From the IMG/VR virus record IMGVR_UViG_3300045988_047456: DNA of 49,265 nt. One strand, written 5' to 3'. Under the pieces are notes generated by a model, which was given only the letters and a program-made list of their open reading frames with translations, did no database searches and was not told the DNA's origin. Below are positions 41,682 through 49,265 of this stretch, one piece after another. Position 1 is the stretch's first letter. Every line of letters starts with the position of its first letter. This stretch comes from a virus. The position numbers were made by a program, and so were the translations under genes.

Positions 41682-42214
41682 TCACGTTTCAGGTAGACCA
41701 GGCCAGCCTGCAACATGTACAGAAAAAGCTGGGAACGATGCAGAGCAAGGCTCCGATCGTTATATCCAGAGCCCTGAACAAGACGGCGGTAAGCGCCAGG
41801 CAGAGACTGGCAAACAGAGCCCAGCAGGCATATACGGTCAAGTCCGGAGGATTCAAAAAAGATATGCAGATCAAGAAGGCGTCGTCCGGAAACCTAGTGG
41901 CAGAAATCAGGTCTCAGGGCCGCCCTCTTAAGATCACAAAGTTTAAATATTCAGCTCCGCAGTCCGGAGCCAAGGCAGACATCACAAAGAGTGGTCTGAA
42001 AGCCCTTGTGATGGGAAACATTAAGGCATTTAAAAGAAATGGTCAGATTTTCCAGAGGCGTTCTGCTGCCAGGCTACCGATTAAGGTGCTGTCGTCCAAC
42101 TCAATCCCGAAGATGATCGGAAGTGAGAAGAGGGTGTACGGTATCGTGAAGCCGAATATCGAGAGCGACCTCCGGAAATACATGGAGGCACAGATCAAAA
42201 TGCTTGTGGGGTGA
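41678..42214 (+). CDS. neck/tail completion protein (gpZ-like?)
   Basis: 178 aa and basic. Contains 'ISRALNKTAVSARQRLANRAQQAYTVK'. The call rests mainly on position. Confidence 0.4.
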   Translation: MITFQVDQASLQHVQKKLGTMQSKAPIVISRALNKTAVSARQRLANRAQQAYTVKSGGFKKDMQIKKASSGNLVAEIRSQGRPLKITKFKYSAPQSGAKADITKSGLKALVMGNIKAFKRNGQIFQRRSAARLPIKVLSSNSIPKMIGSEKRVYGIVKPNIESDLRKYMEAQIKMLVG

Positions 42215-42218
42215 TTGA

Positions 42219-42689
42219 ATGACAAGAAAAGATTTGCAGGACGCCCTGGTTAAAGAAACCAAAGAGCTCCTGAAGGACGTGTGGGCTAAGAATTCACTTG
42301 GAGAAGACGTCCAGGCTCAGGTGTTCCCACAGCGCCTGCCAGTTATGACTGAAGATGAAGACGATGAAACGAAGTTATTCCCTTACGCTATCGTTCGCCT
42401 GGGAGATGCAAAGACTGCCGGAGATGAAGACCCATGGCACGTCACAGTTGACTGGCTCCTGGGAGTGTATGACGACGAACGAAAAGGCCAGGGACATCTT
42501 CATATCCTGACGATGATCGAAAGAATCACAGACCGCTTCATTGCGGAGCCCTTACTGGATCACAGATACAGGGCAGAACAGGACATGGAAACAGCTCTTC
42601 AGGATGAAGACACCTATCCCTTCTATTTTGGAGGGGTGGAAATAACATTTTCAATACCAAAAGTAGGAAGGAGAGACGAATACGCATGA
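42219..42689 (+). CDS. hypothetical neck/tail protein
   Basis: 156-aa ORF in the structural operon. Confidence 0.45.
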   Translation: MTRKDLQDALVKETKELLKDVWAKNSLGEDVQAQVFPQRLPVMTEDEDDETKLFPYAIVRLGDAKTAGDEDPWHVTVDWLLGVYDDERKGQGHLHILTMIERITDRFIAEPLLDHRYRAEQDMETALQDEDTYPFYFGGVEITFSIPKVGRRDEYA

Positions 42690-43015
42690 GTGCAACAGAA
42701 AAAGCTGCTACAGCTGATGAAAAGACACCTGTGGCAGTTCAGAAGGCCCCGTCTGAGGCCGAGAATAAGGCCCGGGAGCCACTTATGTACGTCGGCCCTA
42801 CAATTCCTGGAATCGCCATCCAGAACACCGTATATGAGCCGATTCCGGAAGCAGCCATGGAAGCTGCAAAAGGGCTCCCGGTTTTCCTTGATCTTTTTAT
42901 TCCAATCATGAAATATCCCGATGCGGAACAGCAGATCAGGAAGAAAACCGGACGATTATACAGTGCTTTCATAAAAGCGCTGACACTCAAAAATAAAGGA
43001 GGAAAAGCAGAATGA
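42686..43015 (+). CDS. hypothetical structural-module protein
   Basis: 109-aa ORF immediately upstream of the sheath gene. Confidence 0.45.
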   Translation: MSATEKAATADEKTPVAVQKAPSEAENKAREPLMYVGPTIPGIAIQNTVYEPIPEAAMEAAKGLPVFLDLFIPIMKYPDAEQQIRKKTGRLYSAFIKALTLKNKGGKAE

Positions 43016-44448
43016 TTAATCATGGAATCAAGATCAGGGAAGAAGCTACTGCCTTGACCGCACCAGTTACTGGCGATTGCTCAGTGCCGGTCGTAATCGG
43101 TACCGCACCGGTAAACATGGCAGCGGATCCAGCGGCAGCAGTGAACGTCCCGATTCTGGCAAATTCTGCAGATGAAGCAATCGAAGCACTCGGATACATT
43201 GCTGATTTTAAAAATTACAGCCTTTGCCAGATGATGTACCTTACATCTAACGTATACCAGGTTTCTCCAGTAGTTTATATCAACGTACTGGATTCGGCGA
43301 AGCACAACAAAGCGCTTGCTGAAACAGAAGTCCAGGTCAATGACCTTCAGGCAGTGCTGGCAGTAGAAGGCGTCATTCTCGATGGTCTTACCGTAAAGGC
43401 AGGCAGTGCAGCCCTGGCAAAAGGAACTGACTATGATCTGGAATTCAATGAAGATGGACACCTTGTAATCAGTCTCATTGGTACCGGTGCCGGAAAGTCA
43501 GCTACATCTTTGAAAGTATCCGGAAAGCAGCTTGACCCTTCCAAGGTCACAAAAGATGACATTATCGGAACATACAGCGCAGGAAAAGAGACAGGAATGC
43601 AGCTGATCAGACAGGTGTATCCGAAACTCAGCATCGTTCCGGGACTCCTGATCGCTCCGGGCTGGTCTCAGATTCCGGAAGTTGGCGTAGCTCTGGCAGC
43701 CAAGGCAGCAAACATCAATGGCGTGTTTAAAGCTCAGGCCCTCATGGATCTGGATACTGCAAAAGCAACCAAGTACACCGACTGCAAACAGGTGAAAGAA
43801 GATTCCGGATTCACATCTATATTTGGAGTCCCGATGTGGCCATGCGACAGGATCGGCGATCTGATCTTCGCAAAATCTGCAGTTATGGCTGCGAGGATTG
43901 CATATCAGGACGCTGAGAATGGAAATGTGCCGAACCTTTCTCCGTCAAACAAGCTGCTCGGCGTTACCGGTCAGTGTCTGGCAGATGGCACTGAGGTCAT
44001 CCTGGATCAGGATCAGGGAAATACAGTCAACTCATTCGGAGTATTGACTGCCATCAACCTGAAGGGCTGGAGAAGCTGGGGTAACTACACCGGAGCATAT
44101 CCGTCCAGCGGAGATGCAAAAGACATCTGGATCGCTGTGCGTAGAATGTTCAACTGGCACGGAAACACATTCATTCAGACCTACTTTGACAAAGTAGATG
44201 ATCCGATGAATACAAAGCTCATCGAGAACGTGGTCGATTCTGAGAATATCCGTACCGGAGCATACGCACCAGAATACTGGGCCGGAGCTTCTATGGAGTA
44301 CAGAAAAGACGATAACCCGACAACTGATATCCTGGCAGGCAAGATGACATTCAGACAGCACATTGCGCCATACACACCGGCCCAGGAGATCAACAACGTA
44401 TTGAGCTACGACACAGATATGCTGGCCGCAGCACTTGGAGGTGAATAA
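43012..44448 (+). CDS. contractile tail sheath protein
   Basis: 478 aa, directly upstream of the tube gene. The N-terminus 'HGIKIREEATALTAPV....VPVVIGTAP' is sheath-like. Confidence 0.8.
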   Translation: MINHGIKIREEATALTAPVTGDCSVPVVIGTAPVNMAADPAAAVNVPILANSADEAIEALGYIADFKNYSLCQMMYLTSNVYQVSPVVYINVLDSAKHNKALAETEVQVNDLQAVLAVEGVILDGLTVKAGSAALAKGTDYDLEFNEDGHLVISLIGTGAGKSATSLKVSGKQLDPSKVTKDDIIGTYSAGKETGMQLIRQVYPKLSIVPGLLIAPGWSQIPEVGVALAAKAANINGVFKAQALMDLDTAKATKYTDCKQVKEDSGFTSIFGVPMWPCDRIGDLIFAKSAVMAARIAYQDAENGNVPNLSPSNKLLGVTGQCLADGTEVILDQDQGNTVNSFGVLTAINLKGWRSWGNYTGAYPSSGDAKDIWIAVRRMFNWHGNTFIQTYFDKVDDPMNTKLIENVVDSENIRTGAYAPEYWAGASMEYRKDDNPTTDILAGKMTFRQHIAPYTPAQEINNVLSYDTDMLAAALGGE

Positions 44449-44451
44449 AAA

Positions 44452-44979
44452 ATGGAAGCAGGACTGATTATTCCTGAACTCTTGAACCATTACAACGTGT
44501 ACAACGATGCACAGAAACTGATTGGTATTTCCGGAGATGTTGAGCTTCCGGATTTTGAGGCCATCACAGAAACCATCGAAGGAGCCGGAGTGCTTGGAGA
44601 AATCGAAGCAGCAGCGACAGGACAGTTTTCTTCCATGACCGTAAAAATCCCGTTCAGCGTTCTGTATGAGGATATGTTTACAATCGTGAACTCTGCATCA
44701 GGAGTACAGCTGACTCTGAGAGGCTCCATGCAGTTCATGGATCCAACCACAGGAGTTACTGATCACTATCCGATCAAAGTAGTGATCCGCGGAAAATGCA
44801 AGAAATATTCCCTCGGCAAGATGACCAAGGGTAAAAAGATGGATCCAAGTGTAGAACTTGAGATTCTTTATATCAAGATCGATGTAAACAACAAGTCAGT
44901 GGTAGAGCTGGACAAGGCGAACTTTAAGTACGCTGTCAATGGCGTCGATCTTCTCGAAAAAATCAGAAGTCAGTGCTAA
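44452..44979 (+). CDS. tail tube protein (P2 FII-like)
   Basis: 175 aa. 'LNHYNVYNDAQKLIGISGDVELPDFEAITETIEGAG' is typical of myovirus tube proteins. Confidence 0.75.
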   Translation: MEAGLIIPELLNHYNVYNDAQKLIGISGDVELPDFEAITETIEGAGVLGEIEAAATGQFSSMTVKIPFSVLYEDMFTIVNSASGVQLTLRGSMQFMDPTTGVTDHYPIKVVIRGKCKKYSLGKMTKGKKMDPSVELEILYIKIDVNNKSVVELDKANFKYAVNGVDLLEKIRSQC

Positions 44980-44997
44980 ATCACAGGAGGAAAGATA

Positions 44998-45351
44998 ATG
45001 AGCAAAGAAGAAGCAACCAAAATCGTAAACATTGACAAAGCCGGGGAAGATGCGCAGGATAACGACCTTTTAGTCAAACTTACGCGTACATACAACTTCG
45101 AGGGAACAGAAATCTCCGAGGTTAACCTTAGTGGCATGGACAACCTGACAGCGAATGACATGATCAGAGCTAACAAGGTTCTTCAGAACAGCGGAACAAT
45201 CACTGCGGTTCCAGAGACAAACCTGGAATACGCCATGATCATCGCGGCAAGTGCAACTGGTACCCCGGTTGAGTTCTTCAAGGGTCTGAAACCTCGCGAT
45301 GCGATCAAAATCAAGACAAAGGTCACGAATTTTTTCTTCGGAGAGGAATAG
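44998..45351 (+). CDS. tail assembly chaperone (gpE/gpG-like), zero-frame product
   Basis: 117 aa between the tube and the TMP. It ends 13 nt after a slippery heptamer. Confidence 0.75.
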   Translation: MSKEEATKIVNIDKAGEDAQDNDLLVKLTRTYNFEGTEISEVNLSGMDNLTANDMIRANKVLQNSGTITAVPETNLEYAMIIAASATGTPVEFFKGLKPRDAIKIKTKVTNFFFGEE

Positions 45352-45497
45352 ACCCCAGTGATTTGTCCGACCTCCGCAAGCTGTGCCTTGCACTGGCCTT
45401 AAATCTTAAGACAGGCCTGGATTACTTCATGGGCCTGTCAATCTTTGAGCTTATAGACCTGTGTGAGGACCTTCAGGAGGTGAGCAAACAACAGTGA
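44998..45497 (+). CDS. chaperone -1 frameshift fusion product (gpE+E'/gpGT analogue), 166 aa
   Basis: After the slip the frame reads 'LRRGIDPSDLSDLRKLCLALALNLKTGLDYFMGLSIFELIDLCEDLQEVSKQQ*'. Its TGA (45495..45497) overlaps the TMP GTG start (45494) as GTGA. Confidence 0.6.
45330..45336 (+). promoter_or_regulatory. -1 programmed frameshift slippery heptamer T TTT TTC
   Basis: The zero frame reads AAT TTT TTC, an X XXY YYZ pattern. The -1 frame is open for 53 codons from here. Confidence 0.6.
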
Positions 45498-48400
45498 GCG
45501 ATTACAAGATTAATATCAAGATCGCGGGCCAGTTAGAGAAATCGTTCTCTGCGGCCATGAAAGCGGCAAAAACCGGACTGAAGGGTCTGAGCACGATCGG
45601 AAAGATCGGAGCAGCAGGGCTCGGAGCTGCCGGAGCTGCCATCGCTGCAGTAACTGCGGCAAGTGTTAAGACCGGCTCAACCTTCGAGGCGGCAATGTCG
45701 TCAACTGCTGCCACTGCAGGAGCCACAGCAGAAGAATACGACAAGTTAAAAGCGGCAGCCATGCAGATGGGCCGCGAGACATCCAAGACGGCCACAGAAT
45801 CAGCCCAGGCCCTCGAATACATGAGTTTGGCCGGCTGGACGGTAGATCAGTCTATCGCAGGCCTGCCATCGGTTCTGAGACTTTCAGAAGCGACCGGTCT
45901 GGACCTGGCTAGGACATCTGACCTGGTTACGGATTCCATGTCCGCCTGCGGTGTCACTGTTGATGGCCTCGCAGATTACCTGAATATCTGTGCAAAGGCG
46001 AACAATAAATCTAACCAGACTGCAGAACAGCTCATGGAAGCCTACATCGGCGTAGGCGGAACCATGAAGAACCTCGGCGTGCCGATCACAGAGAGCGCAA
46101 CGGCTCTTGGCGTAATGGCGAACAGAGGTATCAAAGGCAGCGAGGCCGGAAATGCCCTGAATGCGATCATGGTCAACCTGACATCCGGAGCCGGACAGGC
46201 GGGAACCATGATGGAGAAGTTGGGGCTCTCGGCATTTGACTCGGCCGGAAACTTCAAAGGCCTTAAGGGAACACTTACGGAGTTGAATACAAAGCTCTCC
46301 GGGATGACGCAGGAAGAACGAAACGCGGCTCTAGCGGCGATCGGCGGAAAACAGCACGTCGATGCTCTGAATGACCTCCTGCAAGGCCTGAACGCTACCA
46401 CAGCAGACGGCGCCATCGAATGGGACGCCCTGGCTAATGAACTTCAGAATGCAGATGGTGCGCTGGAGGATATGGCCAAAACAAAACTGGATAACTTGAA
46501 TGGCGACATGGCTATATTCCAGTCGGCATTAGAGGACACCGGTATCAAGATCTATGACAACCTGAATAAACCTCTCCGCGCGGCCGTACAGTACGGAACG
46601 CAGGAGATTTATAAACTGTCAGATGCGCTCGTATCCGGAGGCTTCTCTGGATTCGTTGGAGAAATAGGATCGGTTCTGGCAGATGGAATCGTTCAGATTT
46701 CAGCCTATGGTCCGAAAGTGGTCAACATGGCCACTGCATTAACAACGAGCTTTCTGACGGGAATCCGGAATAATGCCGGAGCTATTGGAGATGGAGCAGC
46801 TGAGATCGGCGCCTCGTTTGTTTCCGGAATCATCCGGATTGTGCCAAGGATTCTACAGACAGGGACGCAGCTCCTGGATGAATTCCTAAAGGGAGTAGAC
46901 ACCAGGCTGCCGGAGCTTATGACGTTAGCAACTAAGGTCGTTGAACAGTTCAGCAGCGGAATCACGTCTCATCTGCCAAGTATCGCAAGTTCAGCTGTAA
47001 GCATAGCGACAACGCTGGCTCAGGGTTTGGGGGATTTCGTCCCGGCGCTGATCACAGCCGGTGCAGATGCTATCGTGGCCATTGCGGACGGACTGGCAGG
47101 AGGTTCTCCGGAGCTGATCACAGCAACGGAAGAAGCTATCAGCAAAATCATGGATGCGGTCGTTCAGGCGGCTCCGAAATTACTGCAGGCAGGGCTCACG
47201 CTCGCGCAGTCGATCGGAAAAGGACTGATGGACGGAGTAAGTAACTTCTTCACAGACCTCGGAAACGGAAACGCCAGTCTTTCACAGGGCGTGGCTGCAT
47301 TCGCACCACTGCTTCTGATCGGAGGCAAGATCGCGCCGGTATTCAAAAAAGCAACTGATGCGGTGAAAGCGCTCTCGCCAGCATTAAAAGGGCTCGGTTC
47401 CAAGGCAGGAACGGCCTTCCAGGTACTGGCAAACTTCCCGTCAATCGCAAAGCAGTTCGTTATTGATTCAGGAGGAATGAAGAACGCGATCGCATCGATC
47501 GCAAAAGGCGGCCTGAGTAAGATCGGCGGTATGTTTAAAGCAATCGCATCACCAGCAGGAATCGCAGTAGCAGCCATCGCGGTATTAACTGCAGCATTCT
47601 TGCATCTATGGAATACAAACGAAGGGTTCCGGAGCGCAATCTCAGGAATCTGGAGCCAGATAACCAGTACAATAAGCAGTTTCGGACAGAGCATCGTCTC
47701 GTCGCTGAATGGCTTAGGCTTTAACTTTCAGAACATCACCCAGGTACTCTCCGCGGCATGGAATGGATTCTGTAGCTTGCTGGCCCCGGTTTTTGTCGGA
47801 GCTTTTCAGCTGATTGCAGATACCATTCAAGCAGTAACCGGAGTTATATCCGGAATCATTCAGACAATCGCTTCGATCATTCGTGGAGATTGGTCAGGAG
47901 CAATGCAGGGAATTCAGACGATCACGTCGTCCGTTTGGAATTTCATTCTGAACATAATCAACACAATCGGTTCAACGATTTGTGGTGTGATCAACGCGTT
48001 CCTGAGTCTGATCGGAGTTGACTGGCAGGTATCCTGGGACAGCATTAAGAACGTAGCGAGCAACGTATGGTCGGGAATTCAGTCCGTTATTCAAGGCGGT
48101 CTGTCGATAATCCAGGGAATCATATCAGTTGTGATGGACGTAATCCATGGGAACTGGTCCGGAGCCTGGGAGACGATCAAGGGCGCAGCGTCTGCTGCTG
48201 CCGGTGCACTTCCTGGCCTGGTAAGCGGCGGATTAAACCTGATGCAGTCCGTAATCACTGGAATCGGAAGTACCCTGGGGTCCCTTCTGGATTCAGGATG
48301 GGAGCTTCTAAAATCGGCGGCTTCCGCTGCTGTAGACGCGCTGCCTGGTTTGGTATCCGGAGGACTGAGCGCTCTCGGAAGTGCGATCTCAGCAGTTGGA

Positions 48401-49265
48401 AGTACCCTCGGCTCTCTGCTTGATGCAGGGTGGCAGGCACTGTCCTCTGCAGCGTCCGCAGCAGTCGATGCATTGCCTGGTGCAGTGTCCGGAGGACTGA
48501 GCGCCCTTGGAAGTGCGATTACTACTGTAGGAGGAACTCTTGGAAATCTTCTGGATTCAGGATGGGAGGCATTGAAGTCGGCGGCTTCCGCTGCTGCAGA
48601 TGCCATGCCTGGTCTGATTCAGGGCGGATTTAGCGCCATGACGACAGCTATCTCCGGAATCGGAGACGGTCTCGGTTCCTTGCTTGATGCAGGATGGGAG
48701 GCACTGAAGTCCGGAGCTTCAGCAGCGGCTGAGGCGGTCAAAGGCGCCTGGGAAGGCGTGAAGGATTTCTTCGGAGGAATCTGGGACGCCATTACCGGTG
48801 GAGGAAAATCTGCAGAAGTTTCAACACCGACAGTAAATACCACTGCGGCGCAGCCACAGCAGATGACCGTCCAGGTGGACACATCAGCCATTGAGGCGGC
48901 CAATACTGCAGTGCAGGCATTACAAGCAAGCATTGAGGCAGCAAAGACCTCCATGACAAGTATGGGAACCGGCTTCACTGGTTTGTCAGCAACGATCACA
49001 TCACAGCTGACAAGCGTACAGTCCAGCATCACCACAAGTACAACGTCATGGAGCACATCTGTACAGATGGGAATGACGCTCATGCAGACGGCCATGCAGA
49101 CCGGAATCACGACAATGAGGTCAACACTTCAGACCGGATTCACAAGCATGGGAACAACGTCCATGACCTCATTCACTCTGATCACAACAGCGGTCAGAAC
49201 CAGCATGACACAGTGCGGAACGATCACGACCGCGACAGTAACTACAATGACAGCAACCATAACTG
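45494..49265 (+). CDS. tail tape measure protein, N-terminal part (runs off the window end; total 1516 aa with 1..834)
   Basis: GTG 45494 after AGGAGGTGA. 'SDYKINIKIAGQLEKSFSAAMKAAKTGL...', then the conserved TMP core 'TSKTATESAQALEYMSLAGW...LMEAYIGVGGTMKNLGVP...GVMANRGIKGSEAGNALNAIMVNL...EERNAALAAIGGKQH'. It is absent from the ORF track only because it has no stop inside the window. Confidence 0.9.
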   Translation, partial: MSDYKINIKIAGQLEKSFSAAMKAAKTGLKGLSTIGKIGAAGLGAAGAAIAAVTAASVKTGSTFEAAMSSTAATAGATAEEYDKLKAAAMQMGRETSKTATESAQALEYMSLAGWTVDQSIAGLPSVLRLSEATGLDLARTSDLVTDSMSACGVTVDGLADYLNICAKANNKSNQTAEQLMEAYIGVGGTMKNLGVPITESATALGVMANRGIKGSEAGNALNAIMVNLTSGAGQAGTMMEKLGLSAFDSAGNFKGLKGTLTELNTKLSGMTQEERNAALAAIGGKQHVDALNDLLQGLNATTADGAIEWDALANELQNADGALEDMAKTKLDNLNGDMAIFQSALEDTGIKIYDNLNKPLRAAVQYGTQEIYKLSDALVSGGFSGFVGEIGSVLADGIVQISAYGPKVVNMATALTTSFLTGIRNNAGAIGDGAAEIGASFVSGIIRIVPRILQTGTQLLDEFLKGVDTRLPELMTLATKVVEQFSSGITSHLPSIASSAVSIATTLAQGLGDFVPALITAGADAIVAIADGLAGGSPELITATEEAISKIMDAVVQAAPKLLQAGLTLAQSIGKGLMDGVSNFFTDLGNGNASLSQGVAAFAPLLLIGGKIAPVFKKATDAVKALSPALKGLGSKAGTAFQVLANFPSIAKQFVIDSGGMKNAIASIAKGGLSKIGGMFKAIASPAGIAVAAIAVLTAAFLHLWNTNEGFRSAISGIWSQITSTISSFGQSIVSSLNGLGFNFQNITQVLSAAWNGFCSLLAPVFVGAFQLIADTIQAVTGVISGIIQTIASIIRGDWSGAMQGIQTITSSVWNFILNIINTIGSTICGVINAFLSLIGVDWQVSWDSIKNVASNVWSGIQSVIQGGLSIIQGIISVVMDVIHGNWSGAWETIKGAASAAAGALPGLVSGGLNLMQSVITGIGSTLGSLLDSGWELLKSAASAAVDALPGLVSGGLSALGSAISAVGSTLGSLLDAGWQALSSAASAAVDALPGAVSGGLSALGSAITTVGGTLGNLLDSGWEALKSAASAAADAMPGLIQGGFSAMTTAISGIGDGLGSLLDAGWEALKSGASAAAEAVKGAWEGVKDFFGGIWDAITGGGKSAEVSTPTVNTTAAQPQQMTVQVDTSAIEAANTAVQALQASIEAAKTSMTSMGTGFTGLSATITSQLTSVQSSITTSTTSWSTSVQMGMTLMQTAMQTGITTMRSTLQTGFTSMGTTSMTSFTLITTAVRTSMTQCGTITTATVTTMTATIT
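48167..48750 (+). repeat. 132-bp (44-aa) tandem repeats within the tape measure gene
   Basis: The W(E/Q) codon pairs recur at 48167, 48299, 48431, 48563 and 48695, exactly 132 nt apart. Unit is about 'GWEALKSAASAAVDALPGLVSGGLSALGSAISAVGSTLGSLLDA'. Confidence 0.8.
49211..49265 (+). repeat. 55-bp exact terminal overlap with 1..55 (circular assembly signature)
   Basis: CAGTGCGGAACGATCACGACCGCGACAGTAACTACAATGACAGCAACCATAACTG is present at both ends. Confidence 0.95.

Noticed and set aside
45502-49110. Series of reverse-strand ORFs (45502..45822, 46042..46416, 46705..46965, 47164..47694, 48091..48606, 48619..49110) and forward ORFs 48067..48423 and 48430..48633.
   Set aside because: All lie inside the continuous forward frame of the tape measure protein, which carries the conserved TMP core motifs. 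Their Ala/Pro/Ser-rich products are typical antisense or off-frame shadows of a GC-rich repetitive gene.
1-49265. Searched by eye for tRNA/tmRNA hallmarks (GGTTCGAATCC-type T-loops, CCA ends), rRNA, transposase/IS ends and CRISPR arrays.
   Set aside because: Nothing convincing was seen. A tRNAscan/Infernal run would be needed to exclude small RNAs formally.

Overview
The window is a complete, circularly closed temperate phage or prophage genome. Its first 55 nt are identical to its last 55 nt (an assembly overlap), so the unique length is 49,210 bp and the tape-measure gene spans the junction. Ribosome-binding sites are of the AGGAGG type. Together with the lysis genes and a large serine integrase, this points to a Gram-positive (Firmicutes-like) host.

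Layout:
- Baseplate and tail-fibre genes of P2/Mu/PBSX type: 1-7.7 kb.
- A diversity-generating retroelement (DGR) acting on the fibre tip: 7.5-9.3 kb.
- XkdW/XkdX-like genes, holins and a three-domain endolysin: 9.3-12.1 kb.
- A reverse-strand lysogeny/accessory block (small Cys-rich ORFs, serine integrase, a secreted-protein operon, a CI-like repressor): 12.2-16.5 kb.
- A divergent-promoter genetic switch: about 16.5-16.65 kb.
- An early/replication module (SNF2 helicase, primase-helicase, an iteron origin, an HD hydrolase, VRR-NUC): 16.6-31.5 kb.
- A sigma-like late activator.
- A highly unusual T-depleted non-coding tract bracketed by terminators: 32.1-32.8 kb.
- ParB-methyltransferase, lambda-like terminase, portal, protease and capsid: 33-41 kb.
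- Neck, sheath, tube, a frameshifting chaperone and the tape measure: 41-49.3 kb.

Most notable:
1. The DGR. Its VR and TR differ at 7 positions, all of them at TR adenines. No Avd gene is visible and RT motif 4 looks atypical.
2. A roughly 600-bp tract with about 3% T in its core, which leaves all six frames open.
3. A 417-bp ORF-free GC-balanced region after the cro-position gene.
4. An origin with 10 copies of GGAGTAAC.
5. A gene split by one in-frame TGA.

All functional calls rest on motifs and gene order recognised by eye. No database search, fold prediction or read mapping was possible.
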